A DNA stretch of 63,994 nt, the filler included, from Sphacelaria rigidula (taxonomy: Eukaryota), in the NCBI GenBank assembly GCA_964200075.2. It is 4 parts of 4 records of this genome, joined end to end, with 100 filler letters (N's around TTAATTAATTAA, not from the genome) between each part and the next. Parts side by side here need not be neighbours in the genome. Positions count along the whole stretch, not along the records: positions 16,097 to 32,088 come from CAXNAA020001529.1; positions 32,189 to 48,178 come from CAXNAA020001530.1; 2 more parts are not named here. The stretch is one strand, 5' to 3'. Of the stretch, positions 25,601 to 35,800 are shown one piece after another (position 1 is the first letter of the stretch; each line of letters begins with the position of its first letter). A program made the position numbers and the translations under genes. The notes under the pieces are model-generated. The model saw only the letters and a list, made by a program, of their open reading frames with translations, did no database searches and was not told the DNA's origin.

Positions 25601-28600
25601 GTGAAGAAAGCGTGTAGAGAACGTCAAAGTTCCGGCCGAGGTTGTTATATTCGAAAAGCAAGTCAACCGGTTCTCAACAGAAGAGCGAGGTTGCGCTGGT
25701 CAATTTTGAGTCGTGTTCCGTGAAATTTTGACACGTTGTACATGAGATATGTGCGAAGCCCCTATCGTTCCCTCTTTATTTTTTCCCTGCTCATGAGTTA
25801 TTTGTGATGAAAAAATCGGAATATTTTCTCGGTACGAAATCGTCGACAACTCATTAAAAAAATCAAGGGGGACAATATAGTCTTTACAACATAAGTTATG
25901 CACATCGTGTCAGTATTTCATGCGAAAAATCTTGAAGATTGAACATCATAACAGCGTTTCATTTTTCGTGGCTGGTCCATCTCCACATAGGATTTAGTCT
26001 TCGACACGAACACGCGATTATGCTGCTCAATTTTTGGTCGTTTTCTATGAATTTTCGACAGGATGTACGGGACGTATGTGCGAAGATCCCATCATCTCCC
26101 CCCCCCCCCCTACATTTTGTTTTTTCTCCGTGAGGTTTTGGCGACTAAACCATTCAGAATAGTTTTTCGGAACTAAATCGTGAATAGCTCGCGAAAAATA
26201 AAGGCAGGGAAGGATAACCAGGTCCTCGCACGTACGTCCTGTACATGTCAAAATTTCATAGAAAACGACCCAAAATCAAGCAGCATGATCGCGGCCCATC
26301 CTGTATCTGTATCAGATACGAGCGAATTCGATTCCACTCCATGTGTTGGGCACCAAAAATATGAGAGGGGCGTGTCTAAGTACATTTTTTTCGATGGGAA
26401 AAAAGGGCGGTGGAAATATTTGTAGCGAAATTCGCTCATTTTTCTGGAGTTGAGGCTGGGCGAATTTTCAAGCTTTCGATCGAACTTCGTGCACACAACT
26501 CCGTTGCCCACGCTACCGCGCAGTTCCGTCGCCGATCCCTACAATGACAGAAGATACCCAACTTTTTGCCAACAAAAAACAAACAAAGCATACCCAACTA
26601 CTGCAGTGTATCTATCCCTGTGTGCTCAACTCGTGCTCTATGCTGCAGGGTTGCCGTGTAGCTGAGAATGAGTTACGTGGAGTACGTATGGTTCTGTGGA
26701 CGGGTGATATCTGGCGTGGTGGTCTGTAAGATAGACGGCAAGTAAGTGCCCCTTCGTTCCTTTCGACCGTACGTTTTCGATTGAAAAGGGCTACCTTTCT
26801 TGTTTTTCACTTCTTCTCCTTGCGCAACTAATTATCAAAATAGTTGAAGCCAACTACAAACAGAAATGCGGTGGACCTATCAGATCCAAGATTTTATTTT
26901 CCATCCCACGTTTTCCATTGAAGAAAATGTGCCAAGGTCGTGTCTAAGATAATCTTTTATGACAGTCAACAATATCATTTTTTTCGAACATCGGAGGGAA
27001 AATAATAGAGGAGCGCATTCAATAGGTCCCGAGTTGGAGCAAATCGGGGGATGAAGAATTGGGGTGTCACGATCTCAGAACGATTTCCCCGCAAAGGCTG
27101 GGAAATATACTGCCCCTTGTGTAAACGACCTTTTTCTTCTACTGTTATCTACCGAACCTGACGCCTCCGGGTGTAAAACTAGAAATAATGTAATGTGCGA
27201 AACAAACCCGTAAGTGAGTGATTTCCTAACGGAGATAGATGCGCCCTACTGTACTAGGAGAAATCAGTCAATGTGAAGGGGACTCGCCGTGAGAAAAAAT
27301 GATCAACTACTCGTGGTGGTGACGGCCCAGCTGAAGGGCGGAAAACGTGGAACTCTACGAATAAATTTCACGAACGTTCAACTTACGGTTAGCCTGGGGA
27401 TCAACCATTTTGATTCCAGGGTACACTGACCGCAGCAAGATGGATTTCAGAGACAAGATGAAGGGGGCGTACTCATTTGTTGCTTGCCTTAGTCGTTTGA
27501 CCATTGACCACGCATCCCTTTCGAGACAAGATGAAGGGGGGAGAGGGGGTTCCCCCGAACCACCAGATTTCTCCCGCCAAATCACGATGAACGCGAACAC
27601 CGGTGAGTGAGTAGCACATCTTGTGGAAGAGATCCGCAAAGGCTGAAGAACGCTGGAATTACCTCGGCCGACTCCATTATGAATCTTTCCCCCTGTCTGT
27701 TAACCTTGTCATATGCGCCCGCCCTCCCCCCCCTCCTCCTCCCCCTCGAAACGAAACGCCCGACATGATACACGGGATCACGGGACACGGCAGTGTCGCG
27801 TTCAAGCACGTGGCTTCCTCCATGAAGTTGGAGCCGGAATTTTTCGATCCCTACCAAATCCTGGAACTTCCGGCAAGGGGCGCAAATTCATCGATGATAA
27901 GGTTAGTCTATGCTTCCCGGCAGCGTGTGTGTGGGGACGGGAGATGTTTGCGAGGGGAGGGGGGCGGGGCGGGGAAGATGACGTTGAGCGGGGGGCGTTC
28001 ACTCCTGCGGCAAGCGGGCCGTAGATGTTGAGTCCTAGATCGACGACTGGGAATATGCGGTTGAACAAGACAAAATTAGTCAGAAGTTGAGGGCCGCGAA
28101 ATATGCGGTGTGTTCCGAGGAGAGAAGTCGGTGTTCGCAACTGGAGAGGATCTGGTCAGCCACGAACGTCGCGGTTGCAGGCGTTGAAGATCATTTCATT
28201 CGGTGATATTGTTCCGAAATTAAGTGTTGCGGCCAAGCGGGTTGGGAAAGAGCATTGAACGTTGATCAACAGGCAGACTTCGGGTGCACAGGCACCTCTG
28301 ACGCTCTCTTTTCAGGCAGACACACTGGTGCCGGAATCATCAACCAAGCCACTCACGCGAAAACTAGCGTAATTTTTCGGATATCGCTGTCACGGTGTTC
28401 TACACGAACTTCCCCCCCACCACTTCCCTTGCATCCCGCATCCCACCCCCCCCGCCTTCCCGCGCGCGTTTTTTGTTTTTTGAATTTTTCCTGCGCGAAG
28501 ATCACAGTATCGCCGGCTCTCCCTCAGATACCATCCTGATAAAAACCCGGGTAATCGTAAGCAGGCCGGCGTACAGTTCAACAAAGTTGCCAATGCTTAC

Positions 28601-29303
28601 AAGGTGAGCGGGTTTCGTCACCAATCGTGCAGCTTTCATGCTATAGTCGTGGTTTCGGCTTCCGTTTATGGCCCAGGGTATGCAGGCAACAATGTCGAAT
28701 TCTTCCAATACGAACTTGAAGTGTGTCCTTGGCCGGCGCACTTTTACTACTTCAATTGAGCAAACGAGATTTTGTCGAGCTTCGTTATGTGACGTGTTGA
28801 AAGTGAAGAAACGCACTCGCGGACGGACGAAACCAACGGACGACTCACAGAAAATGAAGCAACTCATTGAAGGCCGTCATCCAACAGCAAGATAAAACGC
28901 TTCGAGCTTGGACAATCTTGGTAGGATGCCGCTCGCCTTCATGCGACTCGCTGAACAGATTACGGCGCCTCGCGCTTGGTGATTGATTGTGAGACTGGTC
29001 CGTTGAGAACTCGACGTGCTCCATCCGGCTTTGTAGGAATGCGAGCTCAATGGTCATATGACTACTGCATGTAAGATCATGAGTACATCCCCGCCCCCTC
29101 ACATTTGCACCCTGTTGCCCCGCTGTCCTTCAATAAACTCCCCGAAGGCATTGAGCGATTCCAAGGCACGAAAAAACTGGGAGGAGTATGGACATCCGGA
29201 TGGTTACCAGCCGTGGACCTTTGACCTCGCCCTCCCTGCCTGGCTGACGCCGGATAAGGACACGGACAAGTGGACAATGCTTCTCTACGCTATCGGCTAC
29301 ATT
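22626..29303 (+). CDS. SEC63-like ER membrane J-domain (DnaJ) protein, N-terminal part; 3' end unresolved
   Basis: Exons 22626-22807, 27794-27901, 28501-28603 and 29148-~29303 splice in phase to MSDTFYAAALGLAIPVLG...VLIAACVAFKHVASSMKLEPEFFDPYQILELPARGANSSMIRSQYRRLSLRYHPDKNPGNRKQAGVQFNKVANAYKALSDSKARKNWEEYGHPDGYQPWTFDLALPAWL. This gives two TM-like segments, a J domain with HPD, and the SEC63-typical RKNWEExGxPDG...ALPAW signature. Confidence 0.88.
26013..26292. repeat. Inverted repeat with ~75-bp arms (MITE-like, intronic)
   Basis: 26013-26088 is the imperfect reverse complement of 26221-26292. A third degenerate direct copy lies at ~25700-25760. Confidence 0.8.
28860..29095 (+). mobile_element. 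MITE family A copy in an intron of the SEC63-like gene
   Basis: Aligns by eye with 61720-61930 and 31940-32088; ends GATCATGAGTACATCCCC. Confidence 0.8.
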
Positions 29304-29535
29304 GTAGGTCTTTCGTTTGGAATAATCCCTTGTCTTTTTTTTTTTGCTGTTTCTTGTCGTACTCCGCGTAAAACCTGCACACCCTGGATAATGACAAAAG
29401 ATTCCACGGTAACAAAGGGTACTGCATACAGTATGCAATCTATTGTCCATTGCAATAGACGCAGTAGTCGATACTCTATGCAGTACCCGTTTGACACTGT
29501 AATCTATCGTCATCATCCAGAATGTAGAAAGCCAC

Positions 29536-29803
29536 CACAGGCACCGTAGGCGAGGTAGGTACCCGGTACCGGTACTTGGGACATCTCATACCCTACCGAT
29601 ACCGGTCCAATCCGGTATTTTGAAATGTCATATCTACGATACCTACGGTACCACGGTATTTTGAAATTTCAACACATACCGTACCCGCCCAATCCAGTAT
29701 TTTGAAATGTCATACCTACGATACCGACGCACACCACGGTATGGGATACCCCGGTTAATACCGGGTGTACGCTCGGTACGGTACCTTACTTACGGTGCCT
29801 GTG
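29536..29803. mobile_element. hAT-like MITE
   Basis: TIR CACAGGCACCGTA / TACGGTGCCTGTG; 8-bp flanks AAAGCCAC and AAAACCAC (1 mismatch); internal GTATTTTGAAAT three times and many GGTAC/TACC subrepeats. Confidence 0.75.
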
Positions 29804-31089
29804 AAAACCACCGTGTATCGCAGGGATGCTTTATTTTTTGGAAGGTGTACGGTATGCCATCATTTTGGCTGCTTGGCTTTGTTGGTTATGCAGCGCGTCT
29901 GTTTTTTAGGTGGTGGCGTCGTTTTGATATTTTTCTGTGTCATCAGCGTTTATTGTTGTTGCCGCATGACTTTGAATGTAGATCTGTATAGTCGTCTCTG
30001 CGCCGTTGTTATGGCTACACTTTTGTCCCTCGAAATCCTTTTTTTTCCTTTCATTTTGATATTGATGGGATATCATTATTTATTTTGCCCACCTTGTTTT
30101 GTTTGAGAAGTATACACTACGCGTGGCGGAGTAGATTATTTTTTTTCACTGGTTGTCATGCATCCCCGAAACCCAACAGGTGTACGAGCTGGGCAAGCCT
30201 GAACACGGATTTGAGCTCTCAAAGCAATATCTCATCGACACAGACGAGTTTGGCTATAATCCGCATGCTATATTAATCGTCTGACCAAGGGGAAGGTGCC
30301 CATCTGCTCAAAAGTTTGGGCCAATATTTTGTCGTTGATCAAGCCCCGTGTCGAGTGTTTCCTATATCCAACGGAGATAGTGTCCATACTAAAATCTCTA
30401 TGAAACCCCGATCGATACATTTAGCGGATGACGACGATTTTTGGTGTGGACATTCCCTGGAGCACGGGGAGACGGTACGTACCCTCACCCTCACCTAATT
30501 CGTGATCTGTCTCGAGATATGGCGCACATAATTTTCCTTACTAAAATCCGTATGTTACAAGCAAAGGCAGTAGATGAGCTAGATCTGGATATCGCGTCTC
30601 AGTTTTTGAAAATTGTCCTATGAAATTTCGTATGGAGAACCGCTAGGGCACAATAGAGCCAACAAAACAGCTCTTTCAATTTTTCAGTTTTTTTTTTTTA
30701 TTTTTTTGGGGGTTTTTGGGTCAGTTTTGAGGGAAAATGGGCACTGCTCTTGGGCCTCATCTCAATTTTTGAACTCAGTTTTTAGAATTGTGACCTGAAA
30801 CTCAGCATGCTGAATTAAAGGAAAAACGGGCTTTCATTTATCTTTTTTGTTGGGAGAGATTCGGGCGCCCTCGTAAAAAATGGCCGTGTCCATACTAACT
30901 CGCCCTAAACTAGGGAAAAAACGAATAAAAACCAACGTGACCCGCTTTGTTTTGTTAATGATGCCCCAGCCACGGCCCACACAAAGTTTCAACACACAAA
31001 CGCCAAACGTGTGCCGGTAAGGGGCCTGCAAAATACTGTTCCGAATTTCTTCTGACTCTGTTACTAAACGGACCATTAACCGACCACTA

Positions 31090-31315
31090 TCTAGAGTTGG
31101 AGCCTGAAATTGGTATGGGCAATGAATAGGGCATGATACGAATAAATACCAATGCACACAAGTTTTTTTCTTCATGAGTTAAGGGCAATAACCAGTTTTG
31201 AGGTATCAGTACAATGCCCTTGACTAATGGAGAAAGAAAAAAAAACTCGTGTGCACTGGTGTTTGTCTTATCATGCCCTACCCATTGTCCATACCAAATT
31301 TCTGGGTCCACCTCT
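31090..31315. repeat. Imperfect foldback with ~100-bp arms
   Basis: TTGGTATGGGCAATGAATAGGGCATGATA pairs with TATCATGCCCTACCCATTGTCCATACCAA; TTAAGGGCA/TGCCCTTGA lie near the loop. Confidence 0.8.
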
Positions 31316-32088
31316 AAATATTGGCCGTACAATTGGCCTGCAAACTACAAAAAAAGTTGAATTCGCTTTTCGGCTGGCCCAGCTCGTAGTTCCAAGCCCT
31401 TTCGCACCAACGCCAAGCGGCGTGCCTCTGAAAGAGACACTAAAAGCATTAACGTACTGTGTGATTGCTGCGCTTTCGCAATAAAATCAAGGAAAATAGG
31501 AGGGCATTCATGGATGGTTTGTTACAAAGTAGACGAAGCGAAATTCCTTTTTTGTATGTATCTTGACCTGTGTTGCTCCGAACACCGTCTCATAAATCTA
31601 CGATAAACAGACCCCCCAGGTCCGGCAAAAACCCGGCGTGCTCCGTCCCGGCTTTGCAGGGACGGACCCCCTAGCGGTTGACATCCGTTGACGATGACGC
31701 TGTAAAACACGCCCCTCACTACGTAAGCTAGACAAGCAGGTTGCCGTTTTTGTTGCGAGCTCGCGTTTTTCTGTTGTTGCGGTAACCATGATGGTAGTCG
31801 AGCTAGATCATGTTGTGCGGCGTGGGAAAACCTCAACTCCGCACAGTGGGGATGATCATATTACGTAGTGTGTAAATGGTAAGACGCCGATGAGGCAGTG
31901 TGTAACCCATAGCTGTCTCTGGAAGTGGCGATACCATGAAAGAAAGCAACTCGTTGTAGGCTGTCGTCCATGTGCTAGATACCCAGAACGCTTCGGGCCG
32001 AACAATCTTTGCAGGATGCAGCTCACCCTTCATGCGACTCGCTGAATACACCACGGCGCTTCGCGCTTGGTGATTAATTGCGAGCCTG

Positions 32089-32188
32089 NNNNNNNNNNNN
32101 NNNNNNNNNNNNNNNNNNNNNNNNNNNNNNNNTTAATTAATTAANNNNNNNNNNNNNNNNNNNNNNNNNNNNNNNNNNNNNNNNNNNN
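32089..32188. other. Artificial contig spacer (N44 + TTAATTAATTAA + N44)
   Basis: Same 100-nt spacer. Confidence 0.98.
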
Positions 32189-32415
32189 CCGTGGTCTCAA
32201 GGACGAGCCCGTGGTCTCAAGGGATCAACACACCTTTGCTCCAGTACACGTCTTACACTTTGGTATCGCGGACTGGATTAGAACACCCCCACCGCGTCGA
32301 AATATGGTCAAACAAACGGTTCACAGAAAAAATCCATACTAAACGCATCTGGCGAGAGTCGAATCCCCATGTTCCTGAGCTGTTAGTGTTAGTTGTACCA
32401 TTAGGCCACCGAGGC
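32189..32415 (-). mobile_element. Probable tRNA-derived SINE, family 2 (truncated by contig end)
   Basis: Reverse strand GCCTCGGTGGCCTAATGG...GGGGATTCGACTCTCGCC has A/B-box-like motifs but no complete cloverleaf. Single copy in the window. Confidence 0.55.
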
Positions 32416-32801
32416 CAGGCGGCATCGCGCGTGTTGACATATAGTCGTGAAGCAGATGAAACGTGTCAGCTGTGACTCCTGTATTACAACCTATTGCAGC
32501 CAAATGATGACATCTCAAACCGTGGTGGAGTTGGATGCCTCCCGGAGTAGTAAATTCTCATTCTAGAGCTCAATACGCCCTTCGGTACACTTCGAACCCT
32601 TCCATTGGTGATTACTGCCTTCTTCGTTCCATGGTTTGGGTGGCTGACGCCCGGCGATTGATAGATGGGAAACTTGTCATTATCCTCTGGTTATGTGCGA
32701 TTGATGAAGAGCGCCAAACCATTACACTTGTAAACTTCATTCGTTTTCTGCAATGCTCTCGCTGTACATCCCTGCCCCTGCCTTTCTTGCTGAAACCCAA
32801 G

Positions 32802-35800
32802 TCGCTCCAACCATCATCGCGGTAGGAGTAGACACCGGGGGACGTCTGACAGTGGTGGCGATAGTAACGGTAGCGACAAAAATAGGTACCGTCATCGACA
32901 AAGAGGGCGGGATGACGACCGGGGTAGTCGTGACAACCGTGAAGGACGATGGCGCGACGCAGAAGAGCGCTCGAGAGTGGACCGCGGGTACGTACGAGGA
33001 GATCGAGAGAGCCTGCGTCGGCGAGAAAAAACTCACGATGACGGTGAGAACCAGCGAGAGAAAGGGCGAGAGGGGTCACCGTGGGGAAGGGTTTCCGGTA
33101 GAGTGCGAGAAGATCTGCGCAGTGGAGAGCGTGAGCCATCCGAGGGTCCGAGAGAATCAACGTTGAATGAAGGAAGTAGAGTGGAGGTCAGATATCATGG
33201 CAAAGGAACAAAGTTTTACAAGGGTAAAATCATGAGAGTAAACTCAGATGCAACTTTTGACATTGCATATGATGACGGCGACAGAGAAGTTGGGATCGCC
33301 CAAGAACACGTGAAATCTCTCGAGGGTTCTGGAGACCGTGATCGACAGAGAGTGGGAACGGACAAGTTTTCCAAGGGAGATGCCGTGGAGGCTAAATACC
33401 GTGGAAAAGGCAGCAAGTACTACAGAGGTAGGATTTCCAGGGTTAATTCCGATGGCACGCTAGACATCGCATATGATGACGGAGACAAAGAGGTAGGCAT
33501 CGAAGAAGTACACGTGAGATTTCTTGAGGGGGCTGACAATCGCGAGCGCGGATGCGAAGGGGATGATCGCTCGGTACGTGAAGGAGATGGAGTGGAGGTG
33601 AATTGCCGCGGGCGAGGTCGGTACTACAAGGGTCGCATAAGCCGGGTCAATCTGGATGGCACTTTCAACATCAACTACGATGACGGAGAAAAAGAGCACG
33701 GCGTAAAGGGCGACTTAATTCGTCGCGCTCGCAGCAACGACGTGTCATCGACAACTAGGCGTGAAGCTGAGCGCCGCAGCTCCAAGAGCACACTCCAGAG
33801 GGGCGATAGAGTGGAGGCCCGGTACCATGGCAGAGGCACTAAGTTCTACCGGGGTAAGATCTCCCGCGTGAACTCCGACGGCACGTTCGACATAAGCTAC
33901 GACGATGGCGAAAAGGAGCTGGGACTGACGGAGGAGCATGTGGTCTCTCTGGAGCCAGGGGCCACCCGAAATTCCGAAAAGAGAGCCGGTACTGCGAAAC
34001 TGGCGCGAGGGGACCGAGTCGAGGCCCGATACCGTGGCAAAGGCACCAAGTTCTACAAGGGCAAGATCTCCCGCGTGAACTCCGATGGCACGTTTGACAT
34101 CAACTACGACGATGGCGACAAGGAGTTGGGACTAGCGGAGGAGCACGTGGTCTCTCTGGAGCCGGGGGCAGGGCGAGACCCCGAGAAGAGAGCCGGTACT
34201 TCGAAACTGGCGCAGAGCGATCGAGTCGAGGCCCGGTACCATGGCAGAGGCACCAAGTTCTACCGGGGCAAGATCTCCCGCGTGAACTCCGATGGTACGT
34301 TCGACATCAAGTATGACGATGGCGAGAGGGATCTGGGACTAGCGGAGGAGCATGTGGTTTCACTGAAGCCTGAGGGGGGGCATGATGACGGCAAGGGAAT
34401 CGGTCGGTCGAAACTTGCGAAGGGCGACCGGGTCGAGGCCCGGTACCGTGGCAAAGGCACCAAGTTCTACAAGGGAAAGATCTCCCGCGTGAACTCCGAT
34501 GGTACGTTCGACGTAAGCTACGACGATGGCGACAAGGAGCTGGGACTAGCAGAGGAGCATGTGGTCTCTCTGGAGCCGGGGACTAGTCGAGACTCCGACA
34601 AGAGAGGCGGTACTTCGAAACTTGCGAAGGGCGACCGGGTCGAGGCCCGGTACCGTGGCAAAGGCCCCAAGTTCTACAAGGGAAAGATCTCCCGCGTGAA
34701 CTCCGACGGCACGTTCGACATCAACTATAACGATGGCGAAAAGGATATTGAACTAGCGGAGGAGCATGTGATCTCTCTGGAGCCGGGGGCAGGGCGAGAC
34801 TCCGACAAGAGAGACGGTACTGCGACACTTGCGAAGGGCGACCGGGTCGAGGCCCGGTACCGTGGCAAAGGCACCAAGTTCTACAAAGGCAAGATCTCTC
34901 GCGTGAACTCCGACGGCACGTTCGACATCAACTATGACGATGGCGAAAAGGAGTTGGGACTAGCGGAGGAGCATGTGGTCTCTCTGGAGCCGGGGGCAGG
35001 GCGAGACTCCGAGAAGAGAACCGGTACTTCGAAACTTGCGAAGGGCGACCGGGTCGAGGCCCGGTATCATGGCAGGGGCACCAAGTTCTACCGGGGCAAG
35101 ATCTCCCGCGTGAACTCCGACGGTACGTTCGACGTAAGCTACGACGATGGCGAAGAGGATATTGAACTAGCGGAGGAGCATGTGGTTTCTCTGGAGTCGG
35201 GGGCAGGGCGAGAGTCCGAGAAGAGAACCGGTACTGCGAAACTGGCGCGAGGAGACCGGGTCGAGGCGCGGTACCATGGCAGGGGCACCAAATTCTACAA
35301 GGGCAAGATCTCCCGCGTGAACTCCGATGGTACGTTCGACATCAACTATGAAGATGGCGAGAGGGAGCTGGGACTAGCAGAGGAGCATGTTGTCTCTCTT
35401 GAGCCGCGAGCGAGTCGAGATGCAACGAAAACAAATGAACGGGTGAGGGGAGATCGGGTCGAGGCTCGGTACCATGGAAGGGGTACCAAGTTCTACAAAG
35501 GCAAAATCTCCCGCGTGAACTCCGACGGCACGTTCGACGTAAGCTACGACGATGGCGAAAAGGACGTCGGACTAGCGGAGGAGCACGTGCTAGTTCTTGA
35601 GTCGGGGGCTAGCCGAGATTCCGCGAAGACACGTGTACTGACGAGGGGCGACCGGGTAGAGGCGCGGTTCCATGGCCGAGGTACCAAGTTCTACAAAGGC
35701 AAAATTTCCCGTGCGAACTCTGATGGCACGTTCGACGTTCACTACGATGATGGCGAGAAGGAGCGAGGATTGGCGGAGGAGCATATCAGATCCCTGGAAA

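Noticed and set aside
33814-35460. CRISPR-like or non-coding regular array
   Set aside because: The period is a multiple of three, the frame is fully open, and the units are homologous along their whole length: a coding domain repeat.
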